Position numbers and translations under genes: made by a program
Shown here: positions 7,636-15,103 of the stretch, piece after piece
How positions within the stretch are numbered: position 1 is the first letter of the stretch
Layout: every line of letters starts with the position of its first letter
Source of the DNA: Myxococcota bacterium
Lineage (GTDB): Bacteria > Myxococcota_A > Bradymonadia > UBA7976 > UBA1532
NCBI GenBank assembly: GCA_023150895.1
Contig: JAKLJY010000035.1
Coordinates: forward strand, 1,301 to 65,300
DNA: 64,000 nucleotides
Reading direction: 5' to 3'
Notes under the pieces: model-generated
What the model was told of the DNA's origin: nothing
Databases searched by the model: none
What the model saw: the letters and a program-made list of their open reading frames with translations, nothing else

Positions 7636-9599
7636 AGGGACGGATACGGATCGGTGCAGTCGTTGTCGTTCCAGAGCCCCTCAGCGGCGGCGTCGAGCAC
7701 GCCGCAGTTCTGATCCCGCTCGCCATTGGGCCGCCCCGGAGCCCACGGGGGCGAAGCGATCACGCGCTGATCCTGCGTGATCCAGCGATTCTCGACGTCG
7801 CCGTCGTTGACGCCGATCCACCAGCTGTCGGAGAGCTCGGCCATCGGATCCGCGGCCTGCAGCATCGCCCGCAGGTTGATGATCTGCTCGACCAGGAACG
7901 CCCGCTCGGCCTCGCCCTCCGGCACGGCCATGAGCCCGCCTTCGCGCGTGCAGCCGAGGTAGGCGTCGAACCACGACACCGCCGAGGGGCAGAGCAGGAA
8001 CCGCGCCCCGTCCAGGGTCGCCTCGGTGCACCGGCTGCAGGGCTCGCCGTCGTCCTTCACCCCGTTGCAGTCGTCGTCGCGATCGTTGCAGGTGTCCGGC
8101 TTGCCGGGGTGCACCTCGCGGTTCAGATCGTCGCAGTCCACGCAGCGCCCGAAACCGTCCCGGTCGAGGTCCTCCCCCTCTTCGCCCCGGTCACAGGCCG
8201 TCTCGCTCTGCATGAGCCGCGACATGTGGTCGAATCGCTGCGCGAAGAAGTCGTGGAGCGTCACGAGCGCCGCCTCGCGCTCGGCGAGCGTGAAGGGCAG
8301 GTTGGGATCCTGCCGGACGGCGCCTTCGATCTGCGTGTTCCAGGCGGCGAGCCGCCGCTCGAACTCGTCGGCCTCGTAGTAGGGCAACATGCGGGCGACG
8401 ATGCGGCTGAAGTCCTGACGCCAGACGGGATCGGCCAGCGAGATGGCCACCTGCGGCTGCTGCCCCCAAGCCGAGCTGAAGATGTCCTGCGTCGGGATGC
8501 CCTGCACGACCGGCAGGCCGTCGAAGGTGATGTCGAGGTCGTAGGGGATCCAGGTGAAGCCCTTTCCGGGCTCGTCGTAGATGTAATAGTTGTGATTGCA
8601 GCACCAGTAGCCGTCGTAGCTCGGCAGCATGGCCTCGCCCGCCCAGGCCTCGAGCGTGCGGTCTCGCTGGATGAGCGCGCCGAACGTCTCGAGATCGGCG
8701 GCCGCCCAGAGGGCATCCCTTCGCGACGTGTCGGCTTCACCCTCGTTCGTCTTCAGCTCGTAGCCGTACTTGTAGAGATTGCCCTCGGGGTCATCGAAGT
8801 TGCGCTCGAGGAACTCCTTGTCGACGTGTTCTTTGTTCACGTAGACGCCGTACAACGCGCCGTTGACCACCAGCTTGGCGTTGTTCGCGCAGGAGGCCGG
8901 AACGTTGGCTTCCCGCAGAAACGCGAGGGCGATGCGCTCACGCAGCAGGGTGGGATCGTACCAGGGCGCGTCGAGGCTGATCTTGCGGAGCCCGTGGAAG
9001 CGCCCGCTGCGGTCGTTTTCGCGAAAGCTGATCACGAACTGCATTTTCGGGGGCACCCAGGAGAAGTAGGGGTTGCCCTTGAGGCGGATCATCGCGTCGG
9101 TGACGACTTCGTTGCCGTACTTGAAGCTCCTGAGGGGGTGATAGGGCTTCGGGCTGAGTCCCTGCGCTTCGCGCCCGCCCGGATCGGCGAACTCGGCCTG
9201 GATCGCGGCCCACTCCGCGTCGTCGATCTCGATCTCGAACGTGGGAAAGATGCCTTGTGCGTAGAGGTCGCTGCAGTTGTCGGTGAACTCGCGGAGCTGC
9301 ATGTCCGGGAGAAGCGGCCCGACGTCCGGGGGGACGGCCGACGTCGCATCGGCGAGCTGCAGGACGAACGCGTCGGGACAGGGCGGGCGCGCGCAGGTCG
9401 CGGCGTCGGGCGCGGCATCGCCGGGACCGACCGAGGTGTCCTCGGCCGCCGAAGGCGGCGCCGCGGCGTCGCCGGGCGACGGCCCGGGGCTCGAATCGCC
9501 GCCGCCACCACAGCCGGACAGGGCGGCGCCGAGGAGCACCGGCAGGGCGAAGGCGTTCGACAGGCAACGGAGAGCGGAGCGCGCGCGGCGAGTTTGCAT
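7620..9599 (-). CDS. CotH-family kinase lipoprotein with a Cys/Asp-rich metal-binding repeat and a C-terminal C-type lectin domain
   Basis: Lipobox LSGC; CotH motifs RLKGN, GVYVNKE, NHNYYIY, WIPYDLD; repeat DLDRDGFG..DCDD..VHPG..C...DDDCNG; lectin motifs WIG, W.PG.PN, QNC, WND..C. Confidence 0.85.
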   Translation of the reverse strand: MQTRRARSALRCLSNAFALPVLLGAALSGCGGGGDSSPGPSPGDAAAPPSAAEDTSVGPGDAAPDAATCARPPCPDAFVLQLADATSAVPPDVGPLLPDMQLREFTDNCSDLYAQGIFPTFEIEIDDAEWAAIQAEFADPGGREAQGLSPKPYHPLRSFKYGNEVVTDAMIRLKGNPYFSWVPPKMQFVISFRENDRSGRFHGLRKISLDAPWYDPTLLRERIALAFLREANVPASCANNAKLVVNGALYGVYVNKEHVDKEFLERNFDDPEGNLYKYGYELKTNEGEADTSRRDALWAAADLETFGALIQRDRTLEAWAGEAMLPSYDGYWCCNHNYYIYDEPGKGFTWIPYDLDITFDGLPVVQGIPTQDIFSSAWGQQPQVAISLADPVWRQDFSRIVARMLPYYEADEFERRLAAWNTQIEGAVRQDPNLPFTLAEREAALVTLHDFFAQRFDHMSRLMQSETACDRGEEGEDLDRDGFGRCVDCDDLNREVHPGKPDTCNDRDDDCNGVKDDGEPCSRCTEATLDGARFLLCPSAVSWFDAYLGCTREGGLMAVPEGEAERAFLVEQIINLRAMLQAADPMAELSDSWWIGVNDGDVENRWITQDQRVIASPPWAPGRPNGERDQNCGVLDAAAEGLWNDNDCTDPYPSLCRLP

Positions 9600-9676
9600 C
9601 CCGCCAGATTACGCGTCTCGTGCGTGACGTGACAGGGGCAGAATTCTGCGCCGGCGGCGCCGTTGGTGCCGGACAG

Positions 9677-10648
9677 TCACTCGCGGCGACCGGAGGTATA
9701 CGCCTCCGCGGCGGCCTTGCGACGCGCGCGTTCCTCGTCGAGGAGTCGGGTCTGCACGGCCAGGGCTTCGCGCCCGATGGCCGCGGCCTCCAGATCGGCC
9801 AGCGCCCGGCGCACATCGAGCGCGACGAGCCGCGAGACCGACGCGGGGAAGGTCTCCCGCGGGACCGCGACCCCCAGAAACCAGCACCAGCGGCGCAGCA
9901 GCTCTTCGCGGCGTTCGGCCTGCGCGTCGAGCACCTCGGGCGTCAGAACGTCCGCGAAGTCGGAGAGGCAGGTGAACAGGGATGCATCGAGGGCGTGCGG
10001 ACCGCTCGGCGCGACGCCCAGCGCCGCCTCGGCGGCCCGCTGCACCCGCGTAAGACCGCAGTGCACGAGCGCCATGGTCTCCGGGTGGCCCAGCCTGGGG
10101 GCCAGCCACCCGAGCAGAGCCCCGATGGCGGGCGGCAGGGCCGAGACCGACCGCGCGAGGTCCGCGGCTTCCGGTCCGGCCTCGTTCCAGGCGAGCAAGC
10201 GGGCGAGCCGGGCGACGAGCGCGGGCCCCTCGACCGGCCGCGCGTGCGCGGACAGGTAGACGAGCACCGCCGGGAAATCGAGCCCGGCCAGCGTGACCGG
10301 CGCCACCGGCCCTTCGTCGAGTGTCGCGAACTGAGCGAAGCGCCCCTGCCATCGCGCTGCGAGGGCGACGACCCCATCCGGCTCGAGGCGCTGCACGTGA
10401 CCACCGGCCTGCAGGACGTCCACCGCGCGGCGGATTCGTTTCCGATCGAGCGCCGGCGACCGCAGGCACGCGACGAGCACATCGAATCCGAGCGGTCCGG
10501 CGGCCGCCAGGCTGCGCAGCACGCCGACCTCGGCGGGGGCATCGCGCGGGACGAACCCGAGCGCGGCGAGCTCCGCATCGAACACCGGCGCCGCCCACGG
10601 GGGTCCGCCCGGCCGGAGGACCCGGAGAAGCGCGTCGAGGGCCGTCAC
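9677..10648 (-). CDS. hypothetical helical protein (paralog of 10645..11289)
   Basis: GTGA overlap with the upstream gene; shares the VLTPE..A.RREEL.RR motif. Confidence 0.7.
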   Translation of the reverse strand: MTALDALLRVLRPGGPPWAAPVFDAELAALGFVPRDAPAEVGVLRSLAAAGPLGFDVLVACLRSPALDRKRIRRAVDVLQAGGHVQRLEPDGVVALAARWQGRFAQFATLDEGPVAPVTLAGLDFPAVLVYLSAHARPVEGPALVARLARLLAWNEAGPEAADLARSVSALPPAIGALLGWLAPRLGHPETMALVHCGLTRVQRAAEAALGVAPSGPHALDASLFTCLSDFADVLTPEVLDAQAERREELLRRWCWFLGVAVPRETFPASVSRLVALDVRRALADLEAAAIGREALAVQTRLLDEERARRKAAAEAYTSGRRE

Positions 10649-11289
10649 GTCGCCGGCCCCAGATCGGCACCCGAGGCGATGAGGGTCTGCGCTTCGCGGG
10701 TCGCCTCCATCAGCGCGCGCTGCCGCCGGAGCGCCCGTACTTCGGCCCGCCGTGCACCGGGGTCGTACCGACTCAGGGCCTGCGCCGACCGCTCCGCGGG
10801 CTCGGGTCGCCCGCCCTCGAGACCGGGCACCGCGCCCACGTGGGCGACGAAACGCCGCACGAGTTCCTCGCGCCGCGCCGCCTCCGCGGCGACCTCTTCC
10901 GGCGTGAGCACGCCTTCCAGCGCGCGGACGAACCCGCCGACGACCGCGCCCGGCCCCGAGCGGCGCGCGGCGGCCTGCGCGGCGTCGGCCATCTCCGGGG
11001 CGCGGCGGAGTGCGGCGAGCAGCACCGCGGCCAGCGACCGCCCCGCCGGCGTCAAGGCGCCGACCGGAAAAACGAACTCGAACGGCGCCGCATCGGCCGC
11101 GAGGCGCCGCTCGAACCGCCAGAAGTCTGCGTGTCGCGCGACGAGGGCGCGCGCGGACGGCGGGGCGGCGCCGACGGAGGCGACGGCCCCGGCCACCGCC
11201 TGCACGGCGGCCTCGAGGGGCACGATCACGGGCTCTTCCGGCGGAGGGGGCACGCGCCCAGGAGACACCGATTCCGGGCCGGGAATCAA
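10645..11289 (-). CDS. hypothetical helical protein (paralog of 9677..10648)
   Basis: Shares the VLTPE..A.RREEL.RR motif. Start uncertain (TTG at 11289 or a later GTG). Confidence 0.65.
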   Translation of the reverse strand: MIPGPESVSPGRVPPPPEEPVIVPLEAAVQAVAGAVASVGAAPPSARALVARHADFWRFERRLAADAAPFEFVFPVGALTPAGRSLAAVLLAALRRAPEMADAAQAAARRSGPGAVVGGFVRALEGVLTPEEVAAEAARREELVRRFVAHVGAVPGLEGGRPEPAERSAQALSRYDPGARRAEVRALRRQRALMEATREAQTLIASGADLGPAT

Positions 11290-11335
11290 CGTGTTAGCGT
11301 CCGTCGACAGGCTCGATCACCCGAGAGGCCCGCCC

Positions 11336-11992
11336 GTGTCGAACACCGTCCTCGCAACCGGCCTCGTGCTCGCAGGCCTCGCGGCCTTGCTCTACGGCGA
11401 GTTCCGTGGCCGACGGGACGTCGTCTGGGTGGCCAAACCCGCCGCGTCCGCCGGGTTTCTGTTGCTGGCGCTGGCGCAGGGGGCGCCCTCGCACCCGGTC
11501 GGCCTGGCGATCCTCGTGGCGCTCGTGTTCTCGTTCGGGGGCGACGTCCTGCTCATCCCCCGCGATCCGCGCGCGTTCCTGGGTGGTCTCGGCTCGTTCC
11601 TGCTCGGCCACGTCGGTTTCGCGGCCGCCTTCTGGGTGCGCGGCCTCGACCTGCCGGCCACCGGCCTCGCTGCGCTCGCCATCGTCCCCGTGGCGGTGGT
11701 GGTCGCCCGCTGGCTTCTGCCCCACGTGCCGTCGCCGATGAAGGTCCCGGTCCTCGCCTACATGACGGTCATCTCCATCATGGTGGCGGCGTCCGTCGGC
11801 ACCGCCCTGCGCGACGGCCCCTCGGCGTTCGCCTGGCAGTGGCCGGCCGCCGCCGTCATGTTCTTCGTCTCGGACCTCTCCGTCGCGCGGGACCGCTTCG
11901 TTGCGCCCGGCTTCGACAACCGGCTCTGGGGGCTGCCGCTCTACTACGGCGCGCAGATCTGGTTCGCCCTGCTGGCGGCCCCCGGCGCCTGA
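11336..11992 (+). CDS. lysoplasmalogenase (YhhN/TMEM86 family)
   Basis: AKP, S.GGDVLL, FLGGL.SFLLGH, VLAYM.VI, FFVSD and LYYGAQ motifs; multi-TM. GTG at 11336. Confidence 0.9.
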   Translation: MSNTVLATGLVLAGLAALLYGEFRGRRDVVWVAKPAASAGFLLLALAQGAPSHPVGLAILVALVFSFGGDVLLIPRDPRAFLGGLGSFLLGHVGFAAAFWVRGLDLPATGLAALAIVPVAVVVARWLLPHVPSPMKVPVLAYMTVISIMVAASVGTALRDGPSAFAWQWPAAAVMFFVSDLSVARDRFVAPGFDNRLWGLPLYYGAQIWFALLAAPGA

Positions 11993-12072
11993 GGGTTTGT
12001 TTGGTCACCACCCATCGAGCCGCCGTGCCATTTTGCCGATGTGAGTCGAGTGACTGTGCGAGGTGTCGACCG

Positions 12073-14088
12073 GTGGCGAACCGCTCCCTGAAAACCGGGC
12101 CCGGCCGAACGGCGATGGTCGCCTTCACGGCCCTGACCGTCTCCGTCACGTCCGCACGCGCCGCGGAGAGCTGTTCGCTGCGCCGGACGGTCGCTCGGGA
12201 GACCCCGACGGCGCTCGAGCTCGAGCTGACCTTTCGGGAGGCCGCCGCGGTCACGTTCGCGTCCCTCGCCCCGACGTCGGATCCCGCGCAACTCCTCGTC
12301 GTCGTCCCGTGCGCGGAGACGCGACCCCGGCCCGTGAGCCTCGGCGCTCCCGTGATCACGACCGCACGGTTGCGCCCGAGCACGGCGCCGGCGGCCGGTA
12401 CGACGCTCGAAGTGCACCTGCGCACGCCGTACACCGCCGAGCAGCGGGCCCGGGTCCGGATCGAAGTCCGGGACTCGACCCTCACGCTGGCGATTCCGCG
12501 CAGCGCGCCGCCCGTCGCCGTCGCCCCCGCCCCGTTGCCTCCGACCATCGCGCCCGTCGCCCCCCGGCCGGCGCCGCCGCCGTCCTCACCGGCGCCCGGC
12601 AGCGCCCCCGCAAAAGAGACGTTCGTCGAGGGCGAGCTCGCGGAGATCGGCGCCGCGACCCTGCCGCCGTGGGAGAACCGGGCCGGCGTCTCGATCGGCC
12701 TCGAGCGCGTCGGCGAGGTCTACTATGGCGCGGCGACCCCCCGCGTCAGCTACGCCGACACGGTCGCCGATCGTCCGTTGAGCCTGGCGTTCGGCGTGCC
12801 GCTGCGCTTCGAGATCCTCGACGCACGCCCCAACGAGCGATACGCCCATGCCGGCCGGCTGCGCACCGAGGACTGGGACCAACCGGGCGACTACGCGCGG
12901 GTCATCGAGCGCATTCGTTACGGCGGCAAGGAGAAGCGCCTCTACGTCAACGTCGACTCGTCCTCGACGACGACCATCGGGCACGGGCCGCTGATGCGCC
13001 GCTACAACCCGCACCTCGACTTCAACCGGAGCCGGGTCTCCGCGGAGGTCGACGCGTTCGACGACTTCGGGGGCGGCGAACTGTACGTCAACGACGTCGT
13101 CGAGCCCCACCTGGCGGGGGGGATCCTGTTCGTCAAACCCCTCTCGCTCATCGACCCGCGCGACGACTTCCTGCGGTCGGTCTCGCTCGGGTTCACGTTC
13201 CTGGTCGACGTCGACGCGCCCGCGCGGATGGAGCTCGACCTGCAGGACCGGGACGATGACGGCCGGCGCGAGTCGGAGTGGGCCATCAACCAGGACAGCT
13301 TCGAGCCGCAGGCGCTCGAGGTCCCCGTGCTGGCCTGGGGCGCCGACATCGAGGCGAAGTTCATCGACGAGCGCATCCTCGACTGGAAGGCCTACTTCGA
13401 CTACTCGGCGCTGTCGACCGCTCTGCCGGCCGAGGGCGGCATCGAGACGTCACCGCGACGCGTGGCCCTCGAGGACGTCTACGCGGCCGGGTTCACGTTC
13501 GGGCACCTGCTCCGCATGAACTTCGGGCAGGGCGACGACCCCGTCCAGGCCGTGCGCCTGCGGGCGGAGTACCGCAATCACGCCCCCAACTACCTGCCCG
13601 GTTACTTCGACGTTCTGTACGAGGTCCAGCGGGCGCGCTACGGCGGCGGCTCGGGCGACACGGGCGAAGCCCTGGCCAACGGCACCAAGAGCCAACGCGT
13701 GCTCGGGCGCGATCCGGACGGCGCCCGGGTCCACGGCGGCTACTTCGAGGCAAGCTGGCGGTACTCGCACTACGTCGCGCTGGCCATTGGCGTCGAGGCG
13801 AACAACACCACGCCGGACGACAACGTCCTGCTGCACGCCGAGATCCCGCGGCTCGGCGACTGGCAGTTCCGCGCGACGTACCATCGACGGCAGGCCGACT
13901 CGCTGCTCGGCGCCTTCACGCCCACGCTCGGGCGCGCCGACTATCTCACCGCCGCGCTGCGCTACGCCGTGCACGACTTCGTCCACGTCCGCGCCGACCT
14001 CGGCACGCCCTTCGGCATCGGCCCGGACAGCCTCTACCGCAGCAAACTGCAAGCCAACTTCGGGGTGGACTTCGGTGTGGACTATTGA
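12073..14088 (+). CDS. putative outer-membrane beta-barrel protein with an N-terminal periplasmic (AMIN-like) domain and Pro-rich linker
   Basis: Signal peptide ending ARA, Pro-rich linker, amphipathic beta strands, C-terminal aromatic residue (FGVDY). Start is GTG 12073 or ATG 12115. Confidence 0.7.
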   Translation: MANRSLKTGPGRTAMVAFTALTVSVTSARAAESCSLRRTVARETPTALELELTFREAAAVTFASLAPTSDPAQLLVVVPCAETRPRPVSLGAPVITTARLRPSTAPAAGTTLEVHLRTPYTAEQRARVRIEVRDSTLTLAIPRSAPPVAVAPAPLPPTIAPVAPRPAPPPSSPAPGSAPAKETFVEGELAEIGAATLPPWENRAGVSIGLERVGEVYYGAATPRVSYADTVADRPLSLAFGVPLRFEILDARPNERYAHAGRLRTEDWDQPGDYARVIERIRYGGKEKRLYVNVDSSSTTTIGHGPLMRRYNPHLDFNRSRVSAEVDAFDDFGGGELYVNDVVEPHLAGGILFVKPLSLIDPRDDFLRSVSLGFTFLVDVDAPARMELDLQDRDDDGRRESEWAINQDSFEPQALEVPVLAWGADIEAKFIDERILDWKAYFDYSALSTALPAEGGIETSPRRVALEDVYAAGFTFGHLLRMNFGQGDDPVQAVRLRAEYRNHAPNYLPGYFDVLYEVQRARYGGGSGDTGEALANGTKSQRVLGRDPDGARVHGGYFEASWRYSHYVALAIGVEANNTTPDDNVLLHAEIPRLGDWQFRATYHRRQADSLLGAFTPTLGRADYLTAALRYAVHDFVHVRADLGTPFGIGPDSLYRSKLQANFGVDFGVDY

Positions 14089-15103
14089 GAAACGCAGTTC
14101 GGGCTCCTGCCCCGGGTTTCATCCACCCGGGTGCCCCGAAGGGGCGTGGGCAACGATTAGGAATCGCCCTCGGGGCGCCTGCCCCGGGTTTCATCCACCC
14201 GGGTGCCCCGAAGGGACATGGGCAACGCCCCGCGAACGTCCCCGGAGCTCGACCCCGCGTATCGCCGCCGCGGCGCTCGCGGCGGTCGTCGCCACGGCCT
14301 GCGACTTCGTCGACGCGGCGAGCGAGCTGACTGCGGGTGAGGGCGAGGTGCCGCGCATCACCGCATCGGTCTCGTTTCCGTCCGTCGGCCGGTTCGTGGC
14401 GAGCCGCCCCGGCGGCGAGGCGGTGGCCGGCGTCACCGCCTCCCTCGACCGTGCGACCCTGGCCCACCTGGCGGGCCTGTTGCGCCTCGACGGCACCTGC
14501 GCGCTCGACGCGGCCCTCGAGCCCCCCGGGCCGCCCGTGGTGGACCTGAAGGCGCGGATCGTGCTCTGTGATCCCGGGCGTACGTGTGACGGCCTTTGTC
14601 CCGAGGGGTTCACCGGTGCCCTCGTGGACCTCGCGACGACGGTCAACGTGCTCGACGAGCAGGGCGCCGGAAGCCTGAGCGGGCAGCTCGACCGGGTCTC
14701 CGACGATGCGATCGTCCAGATCCGGATGCGCGTCCACGAGCTGCGGCTCGAGGGTCGGGGACGCGACGGGGCGACGCCCCGCGACCTGATGCCGCTCCTG
14801 TCGGCGTTCGAGTTCCAGGTCGCCACCGCGGCCTCACCGCCCGTCACGCTCGTCCGCGCCGAGCACCTCGGAGAGTTTGCGGGGGGCGCTGCGCGCCGGT
14901 TCGAGCTGCCGAGCCGCGCCCCGCTCACCGCGGAGATCGAGGAACATCTGCTCTCGGCCGAGCCTTTCGACCTGGAGTTCCGGTTCCGGTTCGCTTTTCC
15001 ATCGTCCGCGCTGTTCGGCGTCACCCCGGGCACGACGCGGTGGCGGTTCGACGTGCAGCCGGAGTTCATCCTGAGCATCCTCGAAGCCGTGGAGGGGGGA
15101 TGA
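14075..15103 (+). CDS. hypothetical lipoprotein
   Basis: Lipobox-like AAAALAAVVATAC; coding-like body; ATGA overlap with the next gene. The nearest in-frame canonical start is GTG 14075, upstream of the repeat. Confidence 0.6.
   Translation: MWTIEKRSSGSCPGFHPPGCPEGAWATIRNRPRGACPGFHPPGCPEGTWATPRERPRSSTPRIAAAALAAVVATACDFVDAASELTAGEGEVPRITASVSFPSVGRFVASRPGGEAVAGVTASLDRATLAHLAGLLRLDGTCALDAALEPPGPPVVDLKARIVLCDPGRTCDGLCPEGFTGALVDLATTVNVLDEQGAGSLSGQLDRVSDDAIVQIRMRVHELRLEGRGRDGATPRDLMPLLSAFEFQVATAASPPVTLVRAEHLGEFAGGAARRFELPSRAPLTAEIEEHLLSAEPFDLEFRFRFAFPSSALFGVTPGTTRWRFDVQPEFILSILEAVEGG
14101..14227. repeat. REP-like palindromic direct-repeat doublet (two 55-nt copies, 72-nt period)
   Basis: 14101-14155 and 14173-14227 differ at 3 positions. 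Each copy has hairpin CCCGGGT-N7-ACCCGGG and GCCCC-GAA-GGG(G/A)C. Confidence 0.85.

Noticed and set aside
5084-7726. 880-aa radical SAM fusion
   Set aside because: The N-terminal 500 aa are an off-frame read of the ligase gene; the real start is the TGATG-coupled ATG at 6202.
14101-14227. Possible CRISPR array
   Set aside because: Only two copies, a 55-nt unit with a 17-nt spacer, and no cas genes. It fits a REP-like doublet better.
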